Shown here piece after piece: positions 48,248 to 59,067 of a DNA stretch of 64,000 nucleotides. A program made the position numbers and the translations under genes. The notes beneath the pieces were generated by a model. The model searched no databases, had not been told where the DNA came from, and saw nothing but the letters and a program-made list of their open reading frames with translations. How positions within the stretch are numbered: the stretch's first letter is position 1; each line of letters begins with the position of its first letter. The stretch is from Mobula hypostoma (lineage: Eukaryota). The stretch is taken from positions 9,612,001 to 9,676,000 of the forward strand of contig NC_086101.1 in NCBI RefSeq assembly GCF_963921235.1. Direction: 5' to 3'.

Positions 48248-49859
48248 TATCCTGTATGCCTCTTCTGCACCCGCTCAAGATTCTTGACATCCTTCCTGTA
48301 ACGGACGATGAGAACTGAACACAGCCCTCAGTGGTATCTTCTGCCAGATAGGAGAGGGGAGAAGAGAGAACACCTAAGAGTGGGTGGGGTCTTTCATTAT
48401 GCTGGCTGCTTTACCAGGGAAGAGAGAGATACAGAGAGGAGGCTTGTTTCTGTGATGCGCCAAGCGGTGTCCACGACTCTGTGCAGTTTCTTGCTATCGC
48501 GCCCAGCGCAGTGGCCTTACCAAGCTGCGGAGCATCCAGAAAGAATATCGTGTTTCAATAAAAGTTAGTAGGAATTGGTGGTTGTTGTTCCTTTCCATGT
48601 CTTGCGCAGCATTTTGCCATTTCCAGAGCATTTGACTGTTTTTTACAAAGCCGAATAGGTTGATGCTCCGCCTCGGGCAGATGGGAAGAGTGCAAGGGGC
48701 CAGCTGGATTTGAACTCAGGAACCATTTGCCTCGATGTTTGGTGGGGACATTATGCTTTTGCCTCCTGAGGAAGTTGACGAGATTTCTGGGTCGTTACAT
48801 CAATGTGTTTCGACCAGGACAAGCTATTGGAGATCTTCACTCCTGGGTATTTGAAGCTCTTAACCCTTTCAAACCCACTGGACAGGAGCACACCTTCCTG
48901 AAATCAATGACCAGCTCTTTTGCTTTGAGGGGAATGTTGTTGTCAGGACGCCATGTCACTAAGCTCACCATCTCCTTCCTGCACTCTGACTCATCATTAT
49001 TTGAGATTCAGCCCACTACGATAATATCATCTGCAGGCTGGTAGATGGAATCTGTGCAGCTTATTTCCACTGAAGTGAAGAAGGCAGAGGGGTGACCTCA
49101 TAGAGGTTTATAAAATCATGAATCACAAGGAACATAGATAAGATGAATGGTCTCGGGCTTTTACCCTGGGTCGGGGAGTCTACAGCTAGAGGGGTGAGAT
49201 TAGGGTGGGAGGGGAAAGATTGAAAGGGGATATGAGGGCCAGGTTTTCCACACAGCAAGTGGTGCATATGTGTAACAAGCTGACAGAGGAAGTGGTAGGT
49301 GACAGTATCTTTACAGCATTTAAAAGCTATATGGATAGTTACTGTACATGAAAAGGAAAGGTTTAAAGGGAAATAGTCCAAATAAGGTGAATGGCTCTCG
49401 CGCACAAAGGCACATTGGTCAGTTGGGCTGAAGGGCCTGTTTTTATTTACTAAACTATACTGCCCAGCAATCTGTATGTTTAACCCTAGCCTAATCACAG
49501 TACAATTCGTAACGACCAATTAACCTCCTGACTGGTGTGTCTTTAGAATATTGGAGGAAATCGGAGCACCCTGAGGTATCTCACGCGCTTCACAGGAAGG
49601 AAGTACAAACTTCTTACAAATGGTCCAAAATTAAACTCTGAGCTGTGCTAACATCTGCGTTACCATGGTACCCAGCTTCTGTGCTGTTAATATCTCTGCC
49701 TCTGTGAAGCTCTGCAGGTTCATTAAGGTGCAGAGATGACCTCAGTAAAGAGTAGCATGTTCTTTGACAGAGGCAACTGCATATTTTTTTATATATCAAA
49801 ATAAACTCAAAGTTCTAAGTTTATTATCAGAATCAGGTTTAATATTTATTACTGGTCAC

Positions 49860-51920
49860 TGCCATCCGGGGCCCTAAACAGTCCTTCCAGGTGGGATGAC
49901 ACTTCACCTGTGAGTCTGTTGGGGTCACTTACTGTGTTCAGTGTTTCCAGTGTGGCCTCCTGAACATCGGTGAGAACCGATGTAGATTAGGAGACTGCTT
50001 CGTCGGGCATCTACGCTCCATCTGCCAGAACAAGCAGGATCTCCCAGTGGCCACCCATTTTAATTCCACTTCCCATTCCCATTCCGATATGTCCATCCAT
50101 GACCTCCTCCACTTTCATGTCGAGGCCACACAATAGACAATAGGTGCAGAAGTAGACCATTCGGCCCTTTGAGCCTGCATCACCATTCTGAGATCATGGC
50201 TGATCATCTACTATCAATACCCGGTTCCTGCCTTGTCCCCATAACCTTTGATTCCCCTATCCATAAGATACCCACCTAGCTCCTTCTTGAAAGCATCCAG
50301 AGAATTGGCCTCCACTGCCTTCTGAGGCAGCACATTCCACACCTCCACAACTCTCTGGGAGAAGAAGTTCTTCCTCAACTCTGTCCTAAATGACGTACCC
50401 CTTATTCTTTAACCATGCCCTCTGGTACTGGACTCTCCCTGCATCTGGAACATATTTCCTGCCTCTATCTTGTCCAATCCCTTAATAATCTTATATGTCT
50501 CAATCAGATCCGCCCTCAATCTCCTTAATTCCAGCGTGTACAAGCCCAGTCTCTTTAACCTCTCTGCGTAAGACAGTCCGAACATCCTAGGAATTAACCT
50601 AGTGAACCTACGCTGCACCTCCTCCACAGCCAGGATGTCCTTCCTTAACCCTGGAGACCAAAACTGCGCACAGTACTCCAGGTGTGGTCTTACCAGGGCC
50701 CTGTACAAATGCAAAAGGATTTACTTGCTCTTGTACTCAATTCCCTTTGTAATAAAGGCCAACATTCCATTAGCCTCCTTCACTGCCTGCTGCACTTGCT
50801 CATTCACCTTCAGAGACTGAGGAACAAGTACTCCTAGATCTCTTTGTATTTCTCCCTTACCTAACTCCACACCGTTCAGATAATAATCTGCCTTCCTGTT
50901 CTTGCTCCCAAAGTGAATAACCTCACACTTATTCACATTAAATGCCATCTGCCAAGTTTCTGCCCACTCACCCAGCCTATCCAAGTCACCTTGAATTCTC
51001 CTAACATCCTCATCACATGTCACACTGCCACCCAGCTTAGTATCATCAGCAAACTTGCTGATGTTATTCACAATGCCTTCCTCTAAATCATTGACGTAAA
51101 TCGTAAACAGCTGTGGTCCCAATACCGAGCCCTGTGGCACCCCACTAGTCACCACCTACCATTCCAAGAAACACCCATTCACTGCTACCCTTTGCTTTCT
51201 ATCTGCCAACCAGTTTTCTATCCATGTCAATATCCTCCCCCCAATGCCATGAGCTCTGATTTTACCCACCAATCTCCTATGTGGTACCTTATCAAATGCC
51301 TTCTGAAAGTCAAGGTACACCACATCCACTGGATCTCCCACGTCTATCTTCCTGGTTACATCCTCGAAAAACTCCAATAGATTAGTCAAGCATGATTTGC
51401 CCTTGGTAAACCCATGCTGGCTCAGCCCAATCCTATCACTGCTATCATGATATGCCGTTATTTCATCTTTAATAATAGACTCTAGCATCTTCCCCACACT
51501 TAGGTTGGAGAAACAATACCTTATATTCTGTTTGGGTAACCTCCAACCTGATGGTATGAACATCGATTTCTCAAACTTCCAGTAATGTCCCTCAACCCCC
51601 ACCCTCTCCTCCTCCATTCCCCATCCCCCTTTCCCTCTCTTGTCTCATCTCCTTGGCCGCCAATCCCACCCTCTGGTGTGCCTGCCCCCTTTTTCTTTCT
51701 TCCATGGCCTTCTACTTCTTTCACCAATCAACTTCATCCCTCCCGCTCCAAGTTTCACCTATCACCTGGTGGTTCTCTCACCCCTACCTCCACCTTTTAA
51801 ATCTACTCCTCAGCTTTTTTTTACTCCAGTCCTGCTGAAGGGTTTCAGTCCAAAACATCAACTGTACTTTTTTCCCATAGATGCTGCCTGGCCTGCTGAG
51901 TTCCTCCAGCATTTTGTTGG
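49860..51920 (+). mobile_element. Older PLE (GIY-YIG + 3' UTR + decayed hammerhead) split by a CR1
   Basis: 49860-50131 and 51494-51920 are colinear with 20250-21000; junction repeat CCACAC. Confidence 0.85.
50132..51497 (-). mobile_element. CR1 RT fragment with (CTATTGT)n tail
   Basis: ORFs 50409-50714, 50721-51155 and 51156-51500. Confidence 0.92.
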
Positions 51921-52034
51921 ACTTGGTTGTCAGAGGCTATTTGAGACACATGCCATTGGTAGCATTTAATAGGCAATTGGAGTCTATCCCCATTACCACC
52001 CCCTGGCTACAACAACCTTAAGGGTATACATGTA

Positions 52035-52980
52035 TATTAAATAGTTAAATTAATTAAGTCATGAGAAAACAGAAATAGAAAAGTAGTGAGGGTTCATGGG
52101 TTTAATGGCCAATTAGGAATTGGATGACAGAGGGGAAGAAACTGTTCCTGAATCACTGAGTGTGTGCCTTCAGGCTTCTGTCATTCATTCCTGATGGTAA
52201 CAATGAAAAGAGGGTGTGTCCTGCTTAGCGGGGTCCTTAATGATGGATGCTGCCTTTTTGAGGCACCGCTCCTTGAAGATATCTTGGATACCATGGAGGC
52301 CAGTACCTGTGATTGAGCTGACTAATTTTACATCTACGTCATCTGTACAGTGAAGATGCATACATCAGGATGCTCTTCATTGACTACATTTCAGTATTCA
52401 ATACTATTATCCCTTCAAAATTAATCAATAAGCTTCAAGCCCTAGCTATCAATTCCTCCTTATGCAACTGGATCCTTGATTTCCTCACTTTCAGACCCAT
52501 GTCTGATTGGGTTGGCAATGACATCTCCTCCATAATCTTTCTCAGCACAGGTGCAACTCAGGGCTGTATGCTCAGCCTCTGTTCTACTTGCTTTATCCTT
52601 ATGACTCTGAGTTCCAATGCCATAACAAAGTTTGCCGATGATATCACAGACGGTGGCCGAATCAATGGTGGTGACGAATCAGCATATAGAAGGGAGAATG
52701 AAAATCTCACTGAGCGGTCACTCAATGTCAGAAAGACCAAGGAGATGATTATTGGCTTCAGGAGGAGGAAACTGGAAGTCTTTGAGCCTGTCCTCGTGGG
52801 GAGATCAGAGGTGGAGAGGGCCAGCAACTTTCAATTCCTCAGTGTTATAATTTCAGAGGATCTGTCCTGGGTCCAGCACACACAGCAGCACCTCTACTTT
52901 CTTAGAAGCTTGCAAAGATTTGGCATGTCTCCTAAAACTTTGCAAACTTCCATAGATGTGTGGTGGAGGGTATACTGACT
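52035..52980. mobile_element. Rex/Babar element: minus-strand 3' end joined to a plus-strand RT fragment
   Basis: ORF 52370-52978 [31 protein letters not shown]. Confidence 0.88.
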
Positions 52981-52984
52981 GAAC

Positions 52985-53418
52985 ACCAACAGAATCAACA
53001 AACTCATTCGTAAGGCCAGTGATGTTGTGGGGATGGAACTGGACTCTCTGACGGTGGTGTCTGAAAAGAGGATGCTGTCTAAGTTGCATGCCATCTTGGT
53101 CAATGTCTCCCATCCACTACATAATGTACCGGTTGGGCACAGGAGTACATTCAGCCAGAGACTCATTCCACCGAGATGCAACACAGAGCGTCATAGGAAG
53201 TCATTCCTGCTTGTGGCCATCAAACTTTACAACTCCTCCCTTGGAGGGTCAGATACCCTGAGCCAATAGGCTGGTCCTGGACTTATTTCCTGGCATAATT
53301 TACATATTACTATTTAACTATTTATGGTTTTCTTACTGTTTAATTATTTATGGTGCAACTGTAATGAAAACCAATTTCCCTCGGGATCAATAAAGTATGA
53401 CTATGACTTTGACTATGA
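52985..53418 (+). mobile_element. Rex/Babar-type 3' fragment, distinct subfamily, (GACTAT)n tail
   Basis: SHPLH..RLIPPRCNTERHRKSFL..AIKLYN; AATAAAGTATGACTATGAC tail. Confidence 0.8.
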
Positions 53419-53997
53419 TGCCTCACTGCCTGGTATGTCGTCAATGAGTGGCAGTGCTCATTATGGATGTGTTCAGTGGTGGGGAAGACTTCGCCTGGGA
53501 TGGACTGGGCTATAACCACCACTTTTTGTAGGCTTCTCCATTCTTGTTCCCATATCAGGCGATATCCCGACTTGTTGCAATTATTCACAATAAAACTTAT
53601 TTACACAAATAAACCGTGCAATGCCTTTTCATACCTACATTCCTAGTCAGTGCATTAACCAGTACTCTATTACATTTGTTAAAACCAGTTGGACTGTTCC
53701 CACTCATGTGACACCACCCCCCCCCCCCCGGGTCGTTCTCTGCTATAATAATCGAAGAGCTTCCTCACCCAACCTGCCCCTCATCATCCAGTTGTGGAAG
53801 AACCCGACACTGTGGTCCTTCCCCAACAAGCCCTTGGAGTAGCTGCAAAGGACTGCATTCACAGCGCAGTAAGTAAGCTCCAAATCAGCCTGCAGAGCCT
53901 GGGGTGAAATGGTGAAACTGCACGCACTGCACAGTGAGAATGACTGAATCAGGTTTTTGGTGCTATTGCTTCTGCCCGGGATGGGGAGAGGAAGGAG

Positions 53998-54171
53998 GGG
54001 AAATCCCAGAGAAAGGAGAGCCCCAAGGAAACTGGAAGAAAGAGTGTGGGGGCGGAGTGTGGGTTGATGGGCTGGTAGTACTCACTTCCTCTGTAACCGT
54101 GAAACCTACAGTAACAGTCTCCACATGTTAATCTCTCTCTGTGCTGAGAGGAATCTCTGCAGACTTTCCCC
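53998..54171. promoter_or_regulatory. Candidate immune enhancer/promoter (NF-kB, Sp1, PU.1)
   Basis: GGGAAATCCC 53998, GGGGCGGAG 54049, CTCACTTCCTC 54081, kB-like GACTTTCCCC 54162. Confidence 0.4.
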
Positions 54172-54861
54172 TATATGGTGAGCAATCAGTGGCTTCCCAC
54201 TGCTACCTCCATGTTCCAGACCTTCTCTTGGAATCTTCCACCCCCTTACCCCCAGATTCCAACCCCATTGCTGATTTGCCTCCCACTTACCCCTCCCCCT
54301 CCTCCTGGCTCTCCTCGGCTCGATCCCTGTCTGTGGACCCCCAACTTATCAACGAGTCAGTATCGGATGGGGGTCATTGGGGAAGCCATTTGGCAGGCAG
54401 GGTCAACAATTCCATGCTGAAGAAACATGTACACAACATACTCAAGAGACCTTTGTTAATGAGGTTGGGTATATCATCTGTACATAACACAAAAATATAG
54501 TCAAAGTCGAAGTACATTTATTATCTAAGTACGTATGCAATAGACAAGCTTCAAGTTCACCTCCCGCAGGCAACCACAAAAAAATGAAACACCACAAAAC
54601 CTGTTCAGAGAAGATATCGATCAACCACCTAACATGAAAAAAAAACAAATCATGCAAATAGCACAAAACAGGCGACAGCACGCAGTATATTAAACGTCAA
54701 ACCACAGAGTACTTGAAACAGCCTCGAAATATTTAAGTTAGTTCAGGCCAGTTTAATTTAGCACTGTTTCATTTGTTGACTGCAGGCTACAGACCCTGTT
54801 CTGTGTCAAAGTGCCCCAATCAAAATCATGCAAATTAACAATAAAAGAACAATAACCTACC

Positions 54862-55950
54862 AGAGAGAGTCTAAACTAGAATTGTTGGAGGTGGGAACTG
54901 AACTCAGGAGACTGGGGAAGAGGCGGTTGGCTCAGAAATAGAGAAAGCTTGGAGACTGTCTGAGAGGGAGGATAGGCAGGTGATGGAGAAGGGATGCGCT
55001 CAGATGGGTGGTTTGAGATGTGTCTATTTTAACACAAGGAGTATTGTGAACAAAGCCGTTGACCTCAGAGCGTGGATCAGTACTTGGAGCTATGATGTGG
55101 TGGCTATTACAGAATCTTGGATGGCTCCGGGACAGGAATGGTTAATCCAAGTGCTGGGTTTTAGATGTTTCAGAAAGGACAGGGAAGAAGGCAAAAGAGG
55201 AGGGGGCGTGGCACTGCTGATCAGAGATAGTATCACGGCTGCAGAAAAGGTGGACGTCATGGAGGGATTGTCTATGGAGTCTCTGTGGGTGGAGGTTAGG
55301 AAGGGGTCAATAACTCTACTGGGTGTTTTTTATAGGCCGCCCAATAGTAACAGGGATATCGAGGAGCAGATAGGGAAACAGATCCTGGAAGGTTGTAATA
55401 ATAACAGAGTTGTTGCAATGGGTGATTTTAATTTCCCAAATATCAACTGGCATCCCCCTAAAGCGAAGGGTTTAGATGGGGTGGAGTTTGTTAGCTGTGT
55501 TCAGGAATGTTTCTTGACACATTATGTAGATAAGCCTACACGAGGAGAGACTGTACTTGGTTTGGTACTGGGAAATGAACCTGGTCAGGTGTCAGATCTC
55601 TCAGTGGGAGAGCATTATGGAGATAGTGATCACAATTCTATCTCCTATAAAGTAGCATTGGAGAGGGATAGGAACAGACAAGTTAGAAAAGCGTTTAATT
55701 GGAGTAAGGGGAATTATGAGGCTATCAGGCAGGAAATTGGAAGCTTAAATTGGGAACAGATGTTCTCAGGGAAAAGTATGGAAGAAATGTGGCAAATGTT
55801 CAGGGGATATTTGGGTGGAGTTCTGCACAAGTACGTTCCAATTAGACAGGGAAGTTATGGTAGGGTACAGGAACCGTGGTGTACAAAGGCTGTAATAAAT
55901 CTAGTCAAAAAGAAAAGAAAAGCTTACAAAAGGTTTAGAGAGTTAGAGAG
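54862..55950 (+). mobile_element. CR1 ORF2 APE endonuclease region, 3'-truncated
   Basis: CVYFNTRS, ITESW, FYRPPNS, MGDFNFP and GDSDHN motifs in one open frame. Confidence 0.92.
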
Positions 55951-55952
55951 TC

Positions 55953-56393
55953 ATGATGCCATGAACATCGATTTATCAAACTTCCTGTATTGGCCCCCCC
56001 ACCCATTTCCTTCACCTTCACCATTCCCCATCCCCTTTTCCCTCTCTCATCTTATCTCCTTGCCCACCCATCACCTCCCTCTGGTGCTCCTCCGACTTTT
56101 CTTTCTTCCATGGCCTTCTGTCCTCTCCTATCAGACTCCCCCTTCTCCAACCCTGTATCTCTTTCACCAATCAACTTCCCAGCTCTTTACTTCATCCCTT
56201 CCCCTCCTGGTTTCACCTATCACCGTGTGATTCTCTCTCCCTCCCTCCACCTTTTTCATCTTTTTTCTTCAAAGGGTCTTGGCCCGAAACCTTGACTGTA
56301 CTTTTCCACAGACGCTGCCTGGCCTGCTGAGTTCCTCCAGCATTTTGTCTGAGTTGCTTCGATTTCAAGCATCTACAGATTTCCTCTTGTTTT
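55953..56393 (+). mobile_element. Older PLE 3' fragment (hammerhead 5' core lost)
   Basis: Starts DAMNIDLSNF (end of the endonuclease); AGGGTCTTGGCCCGAAACCTTGACTG; full tail. Confidence 0.8.
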
Positions 56394-56399
56394 GGAGTA

Positions 56400-57408
56400 A
56401 AGGAGGCCTTTTCTGGTTGGCTGCCAGGGACTAGTGGTGTTCCTCGAGGGTCAGTATTGTTTGTCAATGATTTGGATAATGGAACTGATGGCTTTGTGAC
56501 AAAGTTTGTGGATGATAAGTGGAGGGTAGATAGTGCTGAGGAAACAACGGAATTGCAGCGGGACTTAGACAAATTGGAAGAATGGGCAAAAAAGTGGCAG
56601 ATAGAATACAGTGTTGGAAAATATTTAATAATGCATTTTAGTAAAAGGAACAATAGTGTGGACTATTATCTAAATGGGGATAATGAGGGATTTAGGAGTC
56701 CTCGTGCAAGACTCCCAGAAGGTTAACTTACAGGTTGAGTCTGTCAGAAAAAGGTAAATACAATGTTGGCATTTATTTCAAGAAGAATAGAATATAAAAA
56801 CAAGTAGATAATGATGAGGCTTAATAAGACACTAATCAGGCCGTACTTAGAGTATTGTTGACTGTTTTTGACCGCATATCTCAGAAAGGATGTGCGGTCA
56901 TTGGAGAGAGTCCAGAGGAGGTTCAAAAGGATGATTCCGGAAATGAAGGAGTTAACATATGAGGAGCGTTTGGCAGGTTTGGGACTGTGCTGACTGGAAT
57001 TTAGAAGAATCCATGAGGATCTCATTGAAACCTACCGAATATTGAAAGGACTGGAAAGGGTAGATGTGGAGAGGATGTTTCCTATAGTGGGTCTATCCAT
57101 AACTAGAGGGCACAGGCTCAGAACTGAGAGACAACTTTTTAGAAAACAGGTAAGGATGAATTTTTTTAGCCAGAGATTAATGAAACTGTGGAATGCTCTG
57201 CCACAGACTGCAGCGGAAGCCAAGTCCATGTGTATATTTAAGGTGGAAGATGATAGTTTCCTGATTAGTCAGGACATCAAAGGATACGGCGAGAAGGCAG
57301 GTGTATGGGATTGAGCGAGATCCGGGATCAATGATGATGGAGCGGCGGAGCAGACTCGATGGGCTGACTAGCTTAATTCTGCTCCTCTGACTTATGATCT
57401 TATGGTCT
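56400..57408 (+). mobile_element. Old CR1 RT/3' fragment
   Basis: KFVDD..LQRDLDKLEEWA and NFFSQRLMKLWNAL translations. Confidence 0.85.
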
Positions 57409-58339
57409 CTTGGAGCTGTGGGGGCAGAGACACAAAATATATTCAAGGAGAAGTTTGACGGGTTTTGGACTTTAAAGGGTCAGGCAGGTAAGAGGTGATG
57501 AGATCTGGACAGACACACGGGGCCGAATGTCCTGTTGCTTCTCCTGTACTCTTCAGCAAACCATGTCCCCGCTACAGACGATTGTAGGCTCGGCCAGTTC
57601 CATTGCAGATCACGAACACAGCCCATCCCACCATCAAGGATATCTTCAAACGACAATGCCCCAAGAAAGCAGCATCCATATTAATGGGCCTAACCATCTG
57701 AGACTTGTCCTCTTCTCACAACCAACATCAGAGTGGAAGACCCACACTCGGTGATTTAGGAACAGCTTCTTCCCCTCCATCATCGGATTTCTGAATGAGC
57801 CCACGAACACTACCTTGTCACTCCTTTTCTTGCACTTCTTTTTTAAGTTATAATTTATGGTAGCATATGCCTTTGCACATTCTGCTGCTGCAAAAAAACA
57901 AATTTCATGGCATGTAAGTGCGTGATTATAAACCTCATTCTGGTTCTGATCCTGCTCTGACATAAAAGAGTCCACACCCATGTTGGTTCATGTTACACCA
58001 GGTCCTGGGTGCAACAATTGTTGTCAGGGTAATTTCCAGAAATGAATTGCTCACGAGCACAGGCACAATCTATCCAACCTCTCTAAACGATCACCTATTT
58101 GACACGACAGCAGCTATGCTGAATCCTGGGCCCATGTTCCTGTTAGGACTCCATAGGCTGGCAAAGTAAACTCATAAAATCCCTCTCCTGAGCACTGTAA
58201 TTCACCCCATTCCACTGAAACACTAGGGTAACTTTGATCTCTTTGCAGTGAAATGAACCTTGTGACTAATCTGTTCCAATTGTGTTCTTTCTTGTAAAAA
58301 TTGACAACTAAAATTAGATTCATTTATTTATCACATGTA

Positions 58340-59037
58340 CATAGAATAGTACAGCACAGTACAGGCCCTTCAGCCCACATAGTTGTGCCGACCCTCAAAC
58401 CCTGCCTCCCATTTAAGCCCCCCCCACCTTAAATTCCTCCATATACCTGTCTAGTAGTCTCTTAAACTTCACTAGTGTATCTGCCTCCACCACTGACTCA
58501 GGCAGTGCATTCCACACACCAACCACTCTCTAAGTAAAAAACCTTCCTCTAATATCTCGCTTGAATTTCCCACCCCTTACCTTAAAGCCATGTCCCCTTG
58601 TATTGAGCAGTGGTGCCCTGGGGAAGAGGCGCTGGCTGTCCACTCTATCTATTCCTCTTATTATCTTGTACACCTCTATCATGTCTCCTCTCATCCTCCT
58701 CCTCTCCAAAGAGTAAAGCCCTAGCTCCCTTAATCTCTGATCATAATCCATGCTCTATAAACCAGGCAGCATCCTGGTAAATCTCCTCTGTACCCTTTCC
58801 AATGCTTCCACATCCTTCCTATAGTGAGGTGACCAGAACTGGACACAGTACTCCAAGTGTGGCCTAACCAGAGTTTTATAGAGCTGCATCATTACCTCAT
58901 GACTCTTAAACTCTATCCCTCGACTTATGAAAGCTAACACCCCATATGCTTTCTTCACTACCCTATCCACCTGTGAGGCAACTCTCAGGGATCTGTGGAC
59001 ATGTACCCCCAGATCCCCCTGCTCCTCCACACTACCA
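58340..59037 (-). mobile_element. CR1 3' fragment
   Basis: ORFs 58530-58751 and 58755-59030. Confidence 0.9.
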
Positions 59038-59067
59038 TGAAATGCACCCTATGTATTTCATTATATG

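Noticed and set aside
53792..53868. Possible 77-nt exon (CCAG|...GCA|GTAAGT) with an open frame VEEPDTVVLPQQ
   Set aside because: No recognisable homology; splice-like pairs of this quality arise by chance.
54980..56230. Longest ORF (416 aa) as a host gene or novel fusion
   Set aside because: CR1 APE domain reading by chance into a pyrimidine-rich PLE 3' UTR; no promoter or splice evidence.
6612..58500. Window-wide AP-1 enrichment
   Set aside because: The number of TGA[CG]TCA sites seen is close to chance for 64 kb; they are mentioned only where clustered with other motifs.
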